Positions 27,726 through 37,333 are shown, counted from the first letter of the stretch. The stretch: 64,000 nt of DNA from Gemmatimonadales bacterium (GCA_035491895.1 DATJJY010000045.1:7673-71672), one strand, 5' to 3'. Numbers and translations are program-made. Notes: generated by a model from the letters alone, not told the origin.

Positions 27726-28040
27726 TCACTCCTCCGAAAGCCGCATCAATCCGCGCGCCAATGCGCGGTCGCCCGTCCCCGCCGTCTGCACCGGCGGGCG
27801 CCCGAGCTGCGCGCCCAGCCGTTCCGCCACCGGCCCGGCGAGCACCGGTACGCCCCGTGCCCGCGCCAGCCGTTCGACCTTGTCCCGCGTCCGCGGGCTG
27901 GCATCGGCCGCGAGCACCACTACGGCGATCCGCCCCTGCTGCAGTTTCATCCGCACGCCCGACACGCCGATCACCACGTTCCCCGCGCGGACCCCCAACC
28001 CCAGGAGGCCCCCCAGACGGTCGGTGGCGTGGCCGGTCAC
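27726..28040 (-). CDS. ylxQ: L7Ae/YlxQ-family RNA-binding protein
   Basis: GTG 28040 overlaps the nusA stop as GTGA. LLGLGVRAGNVVIGVSGV...VVVLAADASPRT..K........VP matches the L7Ae-like pattern, and the nusA-infB position is conserved. The first ~168 aa of the track ORF are spurious. Confidence 0.65.
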   Translation of the reverse strand: MTGHATDRLGGLLGLGVRAGNVVIGVSGVRMKLQQGRIAVVVLAADASPRTRDKVERLARARGVPVLAGPVAERLGAQLGRPPVQTAGTGDRALARGLMRLSEE

Positions 28041-29383
28041 GCCGCCTGCGGCGGGGGCGCGTCCGTTCCGGCGCCCGGCTCCTCGCCGCCTTCCTCCGTC
28101 AGCTCGTTGAGGAACGCCATCAGCCGGTCCGCCAGCTCGGTGGTCATCCCCTGGAGCTTGTCGACCTCCTCCCGCTCGAGGTCGAAGATGTCCTGCAGCG
28201 TCTTCTTGCCATTCTGCTCCAGCACCGCCATGAGATCGGCGGGCATTCCCTTGAGCTCGACCAGCGGCACCTTCACCGCCTGCTCTTCCTCGGGGGGCAG
28301 CGGGGCGAACAGCGGGCCCTCGCCGCCGCGCTCCAGCCACTCGCGGCTCGAATAGAGGTCGATCTTCCAGCCGGTCAGCTCCGAGGCGAGCCGCACGTTC
28401 TGGCCGTTGCGGCCGATGGCGAGCGACAGCTGATCCTCGTCGACGATCGCCTGAATGGTGCGGCTCTCGGGGTCTGAGAAGACGCGCGCCACCCGGGCCG
28501 GGGCGAGCGCCAGCTTGGCGAACCGCTCGGGATCGGGCGACCACGGCACGATGTCGATCCGCTCGCCGTTCAGCTCGTTCACCACCGCCTGCACGCGCGA
28601 GCCCTTGAGGCCGACGCAGGCGCCGACGGGATCGATGGCGTCGTCGCGCGAGATCACGGCGATCTTGGTGCGGCTTCCCGCCTCGCGCGCGGTGGCCCGG
28701 ATCTCCACGATCTGCTGCTGGATTTCCGGGACCTCGATCTTGAACAGCGCCTTGACGAACAGCGGGTCCGCCCGCGACAGAATGAGCCGCGGCCCCTTGG
28801 GCGTCTCCTCGATGCGCTTCAGCACCGCCCGGATCGAGTCACCCTGGTGGTAGTGCTCGCGATGATTCTGCTCGCGGTAGGGGATGATCGCCTCCGCCTC
28901 GCGGAACTTGGCGAGCATGACGACGATCTTGCCGCGCTCGATCTGCTGCACTTCGCCGGGGAGCAGCTCCCCCACCTTCCCGGTGAACTCGTCGCGGATG
29001 CGGCTGCGCTCGCCCTCGCGCACGCGCTGGATGATGCGCTGCTTCGCCGCCTGCACCGCCGTGCGGCCGAATTCCTGGAACGGCACCTCTTCTTCGAGCA
29101 CGTCCCCCGGCTGGAAATCGGGGTCCTCGTAGCGGGCTTCCTCGAGCGAGATCTGCGTGCCGGGGTCTTCGACCGCCTCGACGACGGTTTTCAGCACGAC
29201 GATGCGGATCGTGCCCTTGAGCTCGTCGATCGAAATCTCGGCCCGCACGTTCGGGCCATAGCGCTTCACCAGCGCCGCGTGCAGCCCGTCCTTCAACAGC
29301 TCGATCATTTCTCCGCGCTCGAGCTGCTTGGAGGTCGTCAGCTCTTTAATCGCGGAGACGACGTCGGTTGCATTTGCCATCAC
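28037..29383 (-). CDS. nusA: Transcription termination/antitermination factor NusA
   Basis: 448 aa with S1 and KH motifs (GKIVVMLAKFREAEAIIP, VGACVGLKGSRVQAV, AIGRNGQNVRLASELTGWKIDL). The start is GTG 29383 or ATG 29380. Confidence 0.95.
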   Translation of the reverse strand: MMANATDVVSAIKELTTSKQLERGEMIELLKDGLHAALVKRYGPNVRAEISIDELKGTIRIVVLKTVVEAVEDPGTQISLEEARYEDPDFQPGDVLEEEVPFQEFGRTAVQAAKQRIIQRVREGERSRIRDEFTGKVGELLPGEVQQIERGKIVVMLAKFREAEAIIPYREQNHREHYHQGDSIRAVLKRIEETPKGPRLILSRADPLFVKALFKIEVPEIQQQIVEIRATAREAGSRTKIAVISRDDAIDPVGACVGLKGSRVQAVVNELNGERIDIVPWSPDPERFAKLALAPARVARVFSDPESRTIQAIVDEDQLSLAIGRNGQNVRLASELTGWKIDLYSSREWLERGGEGPLFAPLPPEEEQAVKVPLVELKGMPADLMAVLEQNGKKTLQDIFDLEREEVDKLQGMTTELADRLMAFLNELTEEGGEEPGAGTDAPPPQAA

Positions 29384-29393
29384 TGTATTCCGT

Positions 29394-29428
29394 TCATCAG
29401 TTGTCGGTCATCGGTTATCGGTTACCAA
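29394..29428. repeat. Degenerate heptamer run TCATCAG TTGTCGG TCATCGG TTATCGG TTACCAA in the rimP-nusA spacer
   Basis: Read directly. The rimP stop (29422-29424) lies in the last unit. Confidence 0.6.
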
Positions 29429-29880
29429 TCCACCGCCAGGCGGGCTTCCCGGGCCGCCGCAAGCGGCAGCGTCACGGGCTCCCGGCCTTCGGGGTGCAGC
29501 ACTACGGTCGACTCGTCCGGGACCGCCACGATCCGGGCGCGGACCCGGCCCAACCCCTCCAGCCGCACCATCACTTCCCGCCCGACGAAGCGCACCCAGT
29601 GCCGGTGCCAGCGCACCGGCCGGTCGAACCCCGGACTCGAGACCTCGAGCTGGTAGCGGGGACCCAACGGGCCGCCGTCATCCAGCCACGCTTCCAGTGT
29701 CCGGCTGGCCAGCGCGCAGTCGTCCACGGTCACGCGCCGCTCCGGATCCGCCGGGGGCCAATCGATGCGCACTTGAACGAGCGGCCGGTTCGGCGTGCCG
29801 CCCAGACGAAGGTCGGCCAGATCCAGTCCCAACGTCTCCAACCGGGACCGAACGGCCTCCACCAGGCTGTCGGTGAGCAT
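29422..29880 (-). CDS. rimP: Ribosome maturation factor RimP
   Basis: MLTDSLVEAVRSRLETLGLDLADLRL...LQVRID...EVSSPG.DRPL. The start was set at ATG 29880 because a terminator hairpin with a U8 tract occupies 29881-29910. Confidence 0.8.
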   Translation of the reverse strand: MLTDSLVEAVRSRLETLGLDLADLRLGGTPNRPLVQVRIDWPPADPERRVTVDDCALASRTLEAWLDDGGPLGPRYQLEVSSPGFDRPVRWHRHWVRFVGREVMVRLEGLGRVRARIVAVPDESTVVLHPEGREPVTLPLAAAREARLAVDW

Positions 29881-29910
29881 AAAAAAAAGCGCGGGCCGAA
29901 CTACGCCCGC
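29881..29910 (-). terminator. Intrinsic terminator: GCGGGC-8 nt loop-GCCCGC, then GC and U8
   Basis: The minus strand reads AGCGGGCGTAGTTCGGCCCGCGCTTTTTTTT, then ATG (rimP). It is the only T8/A8 run noticed in this GC-rich window, and it lies downstream of the pgeF stop. Confidence 0.6.
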
Positions 29911-29945
29911 TTCGATTGGGGAATGTATCGGCCCGCCTGGGCCTG

Positions 29946-30728
29946 TCAAGGCGACAGGAGCGGCATCCCCAGGTACGCCACCATTCTACCGTCGCGACCG
30001 TCCGACGCACGGTGCGAGTAGAACTGGTCGTTGTGATGCGCGCTGCAGTAGGCCGAAATGCTGACCTCGCTCACCCCCAGCGCCGCACCTCGTCCCGCCA
30101 GCAACCCCCGCAAGTCGACGAACGTCGGGGATGCGGCCGGGGGACGACCCGTCACGCGCTCCGAGACTTCATAACCTACTTCATAACAGTTGCCACAAAT
30201 GCCGACGCCACAATGCATTACGAAATCTCTGCAGGAGGCACCCGTCGCGGCCGTCAAGTCGCCCAGGGCGCGCTCGAGAATCCCGCCCGCTACGCCGCGC
30301 CATCCCGCGTGCAGCAGCGCCACGACCCCCTGCTGCGGCGCCGCGAGGTAGACGGGGATGCAGTCGGCGACGGTGATCACGAGCAGCGTCCCAGGGTCCT
30401 GGGTGGCGTGGCCGTCGACGCCATCGAGCACGAGCCACCCGGGGGGCAGGTCGGAGTGCCACTTGATCTCGCTGCCGTGCACCTGGTGGCTCATGACGAC
30501 GGTGGGAAACCCCGACTCGAACGCCCTGCGGAACGCGCGCCAGCGGGTCATCACCTGGCCCGTCGGCTCCTCGCTCCAGAGGCCGAGGGAGAAGCCACCG
30601 GTCCGGGTCGTGATGCCCGCGACGATGCCGTAGCGCGCCGCCCATTCCGAGAGCTCGAGCCGGGGCACCGCCGCATCCCCGGCCGGCACCTCGAGCACGA
30701 TCGTCGCTGCGGGGACACTGGCGGTCAC
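29946..30728 (-). CDS. pgeF: Peptidoglycan editing factor PgeF / YfiH (polyphenol-oxidase-like purine nucleoside phosphorylase family)
   Basis: SHQVHGSE, TVADCIPV, LHAGWRGV and CGNCYEV...SYR-type motifs. Confidence 0.85.
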   Translation of the reverse strand: MTASVPAATIVLEVPAGDAAVPRLELSEWAARYGIVAGITTRTGGFSLGLWSEEPTGQVMTRWRAFRRAFESGFPTVVMSHQVHGSEIKWHSDLPPGWLVLDGVDGHATQDPGTLLVITVADCIPVYLAAPQQGVVALLHAGWRGVAGGILERALGDLTAATGASCRDFVMHCGVGICGNCYEVGYEVSERVTGRPPAASPTFVDLRGLLAGRGAALGVSEVSISAYCSAHHNDQFYSHRASDGRDGRMVAYLGMPLLSP

Positions 30729-30740
30729 CGGTCCGGTCTC

Positions 30741-32045
30741 CTACCGTCCATCCTCGCGCCGCTCGATCTGCGCCCCCAGCGCCCGCAACCGCTCGTCGAT
30801 GCGCTCGTACCCGCGCTCGATCTGTCCCACATTGCGGATCACCGAATCGCCCTGGGCGGCGAGGGCGGCGAGCAACATGGCCATCCCGGCCCGAATGTCG
30901 GGGCTCTCCACTTCCCCGCCCCGGAGCGCCGAAGGGCCCGCGATCACGGCGCGATGCGGATCGCACAGCACGATGCGCGCCCCCATCCCGATCAGCTTGT
31001 CCACGAAAAACAGGCGCGACTCAAACATCTTCTCGAACACGAGCAGCGGGCCCTCGCACTGCGTGGCGACGACGATCGCGATCGACATGAGGTCCGCCGG
31101 GAAGGCCGGCCAGGGACCATCCTCGAGCTTCGGGATGTGGCCCCCGAGATCGGGGCGGATGCGGCGCTCCTGATCGCGCTCGACGATGAGGGCGTCGCCA
31201 TCGACACGCGGCCGGACCCCGAGCCGGTCGAACGCGAATAGCGTCGCCCGCAGATCCTCCGTGCGCACGCCCTCGATGCGCACCGCGCCGTTGGTGACGG
31301 CCGCCAGACCGATAAACGAGCCGACTTCGATGTGATCGGGACCGATCCGGAACGGCTCGGACGCCGTCCCGAGCGGCCCGCCGCCGTGGACGTGCAGCAG
31401 GTTGGTTCCGATGCCGTCGATGTGGGCCCCCAGCATCGTCAGGAACCGGGCCAGATCCTGCACATGGGGCTCACTGGCGGCGTTGCGCAGCAGCGTGTCG
31501 CCCTTCGCCCGCACGGCGGCCATGAGCGCGTTCTCGGTCCCGGTGACACTCGGCTCGTCGAGAAAAACGTCGGCCGCCGTGAGCGATTTCGCCTCGAGCT
31601 GGTACTGCTTTCCCACTTCGACCTCGGCGCCGAGCGCCTCGAGCGCCAGGAAATGCGTGTCGACGCGGCGCCGTCCGATGACGTCGCCGCCCGGCGGCGG
31701 CAGCGCCACCCGCCCGAAGCGCGCCACCATCGGCCCGGCGAAGAGGATCGACGCCCGCACCTTGGCGCACAGCGCCGGGTCGAGGTCCCGCGGCTGCGCG
31801 TTGCGCGTGTCGACCTCGAGCGCATTGGGCCCCGTCCAGGAGACACTCGCGCCGAGGTGTTGCAGCAGGGCGAGCATGGTTTCGACATCCCGGATGTGCG
31901 GCACGTTCTCGATGCGACAGGGGCCGTCGGCGAGCAGCGTGGCGGCCAGGATGGGGAGTGCGGCGTTCTTGTTGCCGGCGGGGCGAATCGTGCCCTCGAG
32001 CGCGCGGGCACCGGACACGCAAAACGTCGGGGGCATGGGGGCCAA
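30741..32045 (-). CDS. murA: UDP-N-acetylglucosamine 1-carboxyvinyltransferase
   Basis: G.I.PAGNKNAALPILAATLL, CDPHR, GGEV.SPDIRAGMA.LLAAL.A.G.S and IERGYE. Confidence 0.95.
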   Translation of the reverse strand: MAPMPPTFCVSGARALEGTIRPAGNKNAALPILAATLLADGPCRIENVPHIRDVETMLALLQHLGASVSWTGPNALEVDTRNAQPRDLDPALCAKVRASILFAGPMVARFGRVALPPPGGDVIGRRRVDTHFLALEALGAEVEVGKQYQLEAKSLTAADVFLDEPSVTGTENALMAAVRAKGDTLLRNAASEPHVQDLARFLTMLGAHIDGIGTNLLHVHGGGPLGTASEPFRIGPDHIEVGSFIGLAAVTNGAVRIEGVRTEDLRATLFAFDRLGVRPRVDGDALIVERDQERRIRPDLGGHIPKLEDGPWPAFPADLMSIAIVVATQCEGPLLVFEKMFESRLFFVDKLIGMGARIVLCDPHRAVIAGPSALRGGEVESPDIRAGMAMLLAALAAQGDSVIRNVGQIERGYERIDERLRALGAQIERREDGR

Positions 32046-32094
32046 CCTACCGGAACGCTTGCGCGGGCGTCAAGCGAGGGCGAACGTATCGCGC

Positions 32095-33210
32095 GTGTTT
32101 CCGCTGCCGCCGCTGATCGCCGCGGTGCTGGTCGCGCTCGCGGCACTGCTCGTCACCTATCTCCCTCGCCCGCCCTGGCTGGTCGCCGTCCTGGCGGGCG
32201 CGCGCCGCGCCCCACCGATCGGCTGGCTCGTGATCGGCGTCGTCCTGGGACCGCTGCTCGGTGTGCTCGATCGACCGCTCATCGATGCGCTGACGCCGGT
32301 GGTGGCGTGCGCGATCGGATGGCTCGCCGCCGGTGCGGCGGCCCGCCTCGCCGCTCCGGTCTCGGGGACGGCGATCCGCGAGCCCTGGTCGGCGGCGGAT
32401 GTCGCGTGGCTCGTGGCGGCATTTCTCATCCCGGCGGGGCTGTTATACGGCGCGCTGCGCGTGCTCCCGCCCCCCTTCGTCCCCGCCTGGAAGCCGGCCT
32501 GGCCGGTCATCGCTGTGTTGTCCGCATCGCTGGCCCTCGCGGCGTCGCCACGCGCCGCGGCCGCGACGGGGTGGTCGCTGCTCGTCACCGCCGCGGCGCT
32601 GCTCGGCTACTTCCCGCATGCGCGTCGCAGCGACGTGCAGCCCATCGCGCTGTGGCTGGGCTTCGCACTCGGCGGCCCGCTCGTCGGCGTTCTCGTGGCC
32701 CGGAGGCTGGGGCGGCAGACGAAAACGCGGGCTGCGGCGACGATCACCGCGCTCTGTCTCGCCGCCGGGATCGGCATGGCGTCGGGGGCGTCACCGTATC
32801 TGGTCTGCGGATTGCTCGGACTCGCGCTCGCGAAATGGGGGCCGGGCTACGAGCGACTCGCCGACGAGCTGGCGCCGACCGAGTCCACCGTCGGCGCGTT
32901 GTTGTGGTTCGCCGCCGGCGTGCTCGCCGGAGGCCGGTTCCCGGCGGTGTACGTGGCGGCACTGCTGCTGGCGCTCTGGCCGGCGCTGCGGCGCCGTTTT
33001 GTCGCCGCGGTTCCGGCGACCCGCCACACCCTGGGACTCGCGCTCGCACTCTCCTTCGCGTTGACGAGCACCCGCTCGCTCGGAACCGAGAGTGGGGCCG
33101 TCGTGACCGCTGCGGCGCTCGCCCTGCTCGTCACATCCCTGGTGCCGCTGCGCAGCCGGGCACCGGCCCCGTTGACTTCGGCCACGCCGCAGCCTGAGGT
33201 TACAGTATGA
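32095..33210 (+). CDS. Polytopic integral membrane protein, function unknown
   Basis: From GTG 32095: VFPLPPLIAAVLVALAALLV..., about 10 hydrophobic segments rich in Ala/Leu/Gly. Upstream, the track ORF (31402) is antisense to murA and therefore spurious. The start is uncertain. Confidence 0.55.
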   Translation: MFPLPPLIAAVLVALAALLVTYLPRPPWLVAVLAGARRAPPIGWLVIGVVLGPLLGVLDRPLIDALTPVVACAIGWLAAGAAARLAAPVSGTAIREPWSAADVAWLVAAFLIPAGLLYGALRVLPPPFVPAWKPAWPVIAVLSASLALAASPRAAAATGWSLLVTAAALLGYFPHARRSDVQPIALWLGFALGGPLVGVLVARRLGRQTKTRAAATITALCLAAGIGMASGASPYLVCGLLGLALAKWGPGYERLADELAPTESTVGALLWFAAGVLAGGRFPAVYVAALLLALWPALRRRFVAAVPATRHTLGLALALSFALTSTRSLGTESGAVVTAAALALLVTSLVPLRSRAPAPLTSATPQPEVTV

Positions 33211-33629
33211 TCCCCACGTGGGCCGCGGTGGTGGGTGCCATCAGCCTCGCCGTCATCGCCGCCGCGGCACTGGTATCCGCTCTGGCGGTTCTCGCGGCCG
33301 CCTACGGCGTGCGGGCCTTCCTCAGTGCCATCCGCCATTCGGCCGAACCCGTCGTCCAGGACGTGCGCCAGCTGATCGGGACGATCCGCACGGAAGCGGA
33401 CGGCCTCGCCGAAACCTCGCGCGACATGCGCCAGCGCATCGTGCACGCGGCCGACGCCGCCGAAGCCCGGCTGTCGGAGCTGGGTGAAACCCTGGGTGAA
33501 GCCGAGCGGGAGATCGGGGAAACCGCGAAGGACGTCGCGGCCACCGCGCGGACCGTACGGCGCGGAGTGTCGGTTTGGCGGCTGGGCCGGTCGCTGCGCA
33601 AGCGCAAGGACACCGAGGAGGCCGACTGA
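33207..33629 (+). CDS. Membrane-anchored coiled-coil hypothetical protein
   Basis: One N-terminal TM (WAAVVGAISLAVIAAAALVSALAVLAAAYGV), then a charged helical region. ATGA overlap with the preceding stop. Confidence 0.5.
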   Translation: MIPTWAAVVGAISLAVIAAAALVSALAVLAAAYGVRAFLSAIRHSAEPVVQDVRQLIGTIRTEADGLAETSRDMRQRIVHAADAAEARLSELGETLGEAEREIGETAKDVAATARTVRRGVSVWRLGRSLRKRKDTEEAD

Positions 33630-34567
33630 AGCGCGGCCTGGCCCTGCTGGGAGTCGCCGCGGCCGCGCTCGTGTTGTTCCCTGGTGCGGCGCACGCGTGG
33701 ACTCCCGCGACGCACATCTATCTCGGGGAGTCGGTGCTCGCCAATCTCTCCGCCCTCCCCTCGTCCGTCGCCGACCTGCTGCGCGCCTTCCCCTTCGATT
33801 TCCTCTATGGCAACATCGCCGCCGACACATCGATGGCGAAGAAGTACGCGCCGGTGGGCCGCCATTGCCACGCCTGGCACGTGGGGCGCGAGATTTACGA
33901 GCTGGCCCACACCGACGCCTTGCGCGCGTTCGGCCTCGGGTACCTGTCGCATCTCGCCGCCGACACCGTGGCGCACAACTTCTACGTTCCGCATCAGCTC
34001 GTGCTCACGAGCAGCACCGCCGCCCTCGGCCACAGCTACTGGGAGAGCCGGCTCGAAACGCACCTCGGCGAGCGGTACCCGCGCACGGCGAAGTCCGTGA
34101 TCCTGCAGGATCACGGCGGGAGCGATGCGCATCTCGACGCCATCCTCTCGCCGACGTTGTTCAGCATCCGCACCAACCGCCGCCTGTTCCGCGGCATGGT
34201 GCATCTCACCGAGAACCAGAGCTGGCAATGGGTGTTCCAGCTGATCGCGGAGAACAGCCGCTGGGATCTTCCCCCCGACGACGTCGAGCGCCACATGTCG
34301 GTCGCGTTCGAGTACGTGATGGTGGGGTTGTCGGACGACGACGCCCCGCCGCACCGCCTCGACCCGGCGGGCGACAAGGCGCTCGGGCTGGCGAAGCAGA
34401 TGCGGCGGCGCGCGCTGCAGGCAGGGGGGCGGACCGATCCCGAGCGGATCCGGGCGACGGCCGAAGAGCACTTCGGGCTCCCCGATTCGACGCTGGATTT
34501 CTGGCGTGGCGCGCGCGCGGCGAAACCGTGGCGCGAGGAGGCGCTCAGCCCCCCAATCGCTCCTTGA
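33575..34567 (+). CDS. Zinc-dependent phospholipase C-like family protein
   Basis: Signal-like LLGVAAAALVLFPGAAHA, then WTPATHIYLGE, FLYGNIAADT, HAWH and YLSHLAADTVAHNF, a His/Asp pattern of the PLC/S1-P1 fold. The start (ATG 33575 or CTG 33626) is uncertain. Confidence 0.65.
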   Translation: MAAGPVAAQAQGHRGGRLKRGLALLGVAAAALVLFPGAAHAWTPATHIYLGESVLANLSALPSSVADLLRAFPFDFLYGNIAADTSMAKKYAPVGRHCHAWHVGREIYELAHTDALRAFGLGYLSHLAADTVAHNFYVPHQLVLTSSTAALGHSYWESRLETHLGERYPRTAKSVILQDHGGSDAHLDAILSPTLFSIRTNRRLFRGMVHLTENQSWQWVFQLIAENSRWDLPPDDVERHMSVAFEYVMVGLSDDDAPPHRLDPAGDKALGLAKQMRRRALQAGGRTDPERIRATAEEHFGLPDSTLDFWRGARAAKPWREEALSPPIAP

Positions 34568-35972
34568 CGAGCGTGGGGACGCGGGTCGGATCGGCCTTCC
34601 CCTTCGACACCTTCATTACCTGACCCACGAAAAACGGCAGCAATTTCGTCTCGCCCTTCTGGTAGCGCGCCACTTCCGTCGGATGCCCGGCGATCACCTC
34701 TTCGACCCACCCCGTCAGCGCACCGGCGTCCGCCACCTGGATCAGGCCGAGCCGCTCGGCCACGGCGCGCGGGTCGCCCAGCCCGTTGTCGGCCATCGCC
34801 GCGAACACCTGCTTGGCGGCCGGATTCGACACCGTCCCGTCCTTCACCAGCTCGATCAATCGGGCGAGACGCTCCGGCGTCACGCGCAGCGCCCCAGCGC
34901 GCTCTTTCGTGTCGGCGAGGACTTCGCCCATCACCCAGTTGGCGGCCGGCTTGGCGTCCGCGCCCGCCGCGACCGTCATTTCGAAGTAGTCGGCGATGGT
35001 GCGGGATTGCACCAGCACCGCAGCGTCCTGCGCCGGAATCCCGTACCGGGTGGCGAACCGCTCGCCGCGCGCCGCGGGCAGCTCCGGCAGGGCCGCGCGC
35101 TCGTCCTCGAGCCACTGTTCGGGTACGACGAGCACCGGTAAGTCGGGCTCGGGGAAGTAGCGGTAGTCCTTGCTCTCTTCCTTGCTGCGCTGTGGACGCA
35201 CCGCGTTCGATTTCGCGTCGAACAGCATCGTCTGCTGCTCGATCGTTCCGCCGGACTCCAGCACGGCGATCTGGCGATCCCGCTCGAGCGTGAGCGCCTT
35301 CTCGACGAAGGCGAAGGAGTTGATGTTCTTGACTTCGGTCTTCGTCCCGAGCGCCGCCGCCCCGACCCGGCGAACCGACACGTTCGCGTCGACCCGCAGG
35401 CTTCCCTTCTCCATGTCGCAGTCGGAGACGTCGGCGTACTCGAGCACCTCCTTCAGGGCAAGAAGGTAGGCGCGGGCTTCCTGCGGCGAGCGGAAATCGG
35501 GACCGGTCACGATCTCGGCCAGCGGCACGCCGGAGCGGTTGAGATCGATCGCGGAGCTCTTCGGCACGCGATCGTGGATCGACTTGCCCGCGTCCTCTTC
35601 CACGTGCAGCCGCACGATCGTCGCGGACACCGCTCCACGATCCGGACTGGTGTAGGCGAGCTGCCCGTCGGTGGAGAGGGGATCTTCGTACTGCGAGATC
35701 TGATATCCCTTCGGCAGGTCGGGATAGAAATAGTTCTTGCGGGCGAAGATGCTGCGCAGGTGCACCTGACAGCGCAGCGCCAGCGCCGCCCGGACGGCGA
35801 GCTGGATGGCGAAGCCGTTGACGGTCGGCAGCGCGCCCGGCAGGCCGAGGCAGACGGGGCAGACGTTGGTGTTGGGTGGAGCGCCGAAGGCGGTGGAGCA
35901 GCCGCAGAACATTTTCGACCGCGTCCGCAGCTGCACGTGCGTCTCCAGCCCGATCACCGTTTCCCAGCTCAT
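34545..35972 (-). CDS. gatB: Asp/Glu-tRNA amidotransferase subunit B
   Basis: WETVIGLETHVQL, CPVCLGLPG, NYFYPDLPKGYQISQ and a C-terminal YqeY-like tail. Confidence 0.95.
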   Translation of the reverse strand: MSWETVIGLETHVQLRTRSKMFCGCSTAFGAPPNTNVCPVCLGLPGALPTVNGFAIQLAVRAALALRCQVHLRSIFARKNYFYPDLPKGYQISQYEDPLSTDGQLAYTSPDRGAVSATIVRLHVEEDAGKSIHDRVPKSSAIDLNRSGVPLAEIVTGPDFRSPQEARAYLLALKEVLEYADVSDCDMEKGSLRVDANVSVRRVGAAALGTKTEVKNINSFAFVEKALTLERDRQIAVLESGGTIEQQTMLFDAKSNAVRPQRSKEESKDYRYFPEPDLPVLVVPEQWLEDERAALPELPAARGERFATRYGIPAQDAAVLVQSRTIADYFEMTVAAGADAKPAANWVMGEVLADTKERAGALRVTPERLARLIELVKDGTVSNPAAKQVFAAMADNGLGDPRAVAERLGLIQVADAGALTGWVEEVIAGHPTEVARYQKGETKLLPFFVGQVMKVSKGKADPTRVPTLVKERLGG

Positions 35973-37333
35973 ACTTCGTCGCTGCCGGGCACCGCCCGCT
36001 CCAGGGTGAACGCCGCCTCGAGCATTTCGTCCTCGAGGAACAACGGGGCGAGCAGCTGTCCGCCGATCGGCAGGCCGTCGACCCTCCCGATCGGCAGGGT
36101 CAAGCCGGGGATGCCGGCGAGGTTGGCCGTCACGGTGAAGATGTCGGCCAGATACATCGAGACCGGGTCGGCCAGCTTCTCCCCCGCCTTGAACGCCGGC
36201 GTGGGCGTGGACGGCGTAAACAGCAGGTCGACCCCGCGGTCGAAGACGTTGCGGAAATCCTGGGCGATGAGCGCGCGCATGCGCTGCGCGCGGCGGTAGT
36301 AGGCGTCGTAGTACCCGGCCGACAGGACGTACGTCCCCACGAGAATGCGGCGCCGTACCTCGGGTCCGAACCCCTTCCCGCGCGTGCTCTGGTACAGCGC
36401 GCGAACGTCCGGCGCTCCGTTGAAGCGCGGCCCGTACCGCACGCCATCGTAGCGCGCCAGGTTCGACGACGCCTCGGCGGGAGCGATGATGTAGTAGGTC
36501 GGAATCGCGTACGCCGTGTGGGGCAGCGAGACGTCCCGCACCGCCGCGCCGAGATCCTTGAGCGTCTTGATGACCCGCTCGCAGGCGCGGCGCACCCCGG
36601 GATCAAGGTCCGGGGGAAAGTATTCCTTCGGGATGCCGATCACGAATCCCTGGAGGTTTTCCGGCGGCGCCGGGATCTGGAACGGATCGCGATCCTCGCA
36701 GGTGGCATCCATCGGGTCGCGCCCGCTGATCGTGGCGAGCACACGGGCGGCATCGGACACCATGCGGCCGCAGACTCCGATCTGATCGAGCGAGCTGCCG
36801 AAGGCGACGAGGCCGTAGCGCGACACCCGGCCGTAGGTGGGTTTGATCCCCACCACACCGCAGAACGACGCCGGTTGCCGCACCGAGCCGCCCGTCTCCG
36901 ATCCCAGCGCGGCCGGCACGGCGCCCGCCGCCACCAGCGCCGCGGAGCCGCCCGAGGAGCCGCCGGGGACGCGGGCGGGATCGAGCGGGTGCATGGTACG
37001 CCCGAACGCCGAATGCTCGGTGGACGATCCCATGGCGAACTCGTCGCAGTTCGTCTTGCCGGCGATCAACGCCCCCGCCGCTTTGAGCCGGGTGATCGCC
37101 GTGGCTTCGAAGGGTGAGCGGTATCCCTCGAGGATGCGCGAGCCGCAGCTCGTCGTGTACTCGAGGGTGCAGATGTTGTCCTTCACCACCACCGGCATCC
37201 CGGCGAGCGGACCGGTCGTCCCGTGCTCCGCCTGACTGGTGAGAGACGCCTCGACTTCCGGGAGCGGCGTGAGGAGCGCGTTGAGGGACGCGGCCCCGGC
37301 GAGTCGGCTCGCCGTTTCGGCGATACTCGTCAC
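35969..37333 (-). CDS. gatA: Asp/Glu-tRNA amidotransferase subunit A
   Basis: GMPVVVKDNICT and GGSSGGSAA (amidase signature). GTG 37333 overlaps the gatC stop as GTGA. The track ORF to 37666 over-extends. Confidence 0.9.
   Translation of the reverse strand: MTSIAETASRLAGAASLNALLTPLPEVEASLTSQAEHGTTGPLAGMPVVVKDNICTLEYTTSCGSRILEGYRSPFEATAITRLKAAGALIAGKTNCDEFAMGSSTEHSAFGRTMHPLDPARVPGGSSGGSAALVAAGAVPAALGSETGGSVRQPASFCGVVGIKPTYGRVSRYGLVAFGSSLDQIGVCGRMVSDAARVLATISGRDPMDATCEDRDPFQIPAPPENLQGFVIGIPKEYFPPDLDPGVRRACERVIKTLKDLGAAVRDVSLPHTAYAIPTYYIIAPAEASSNLARYDGVRYGPRFNGAPDVRALYQSTRGKGFGPEVRRRILVGTYVLSAGYYDAYYRRAQRMRALIAQDFRNVFDRGVDLLFTPSTPTPAFKAGEKLADPVSMYLADIFTVTANLAGIPGLTLPIGRVDGLPIGGQLLAPLFLEDEMLEAAFTLERAVPGSDEV

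Noticed and set aside
29881-29949. The N-terminal 23 aa of the track rimP ORF (MTGPGGPIHSPIEAGVVRPALFF).
   Set aside because: This segment is the terminator hairpin plus U8 tract read as codons. RimP homologues start close to the MLTDSLVEAV... position.
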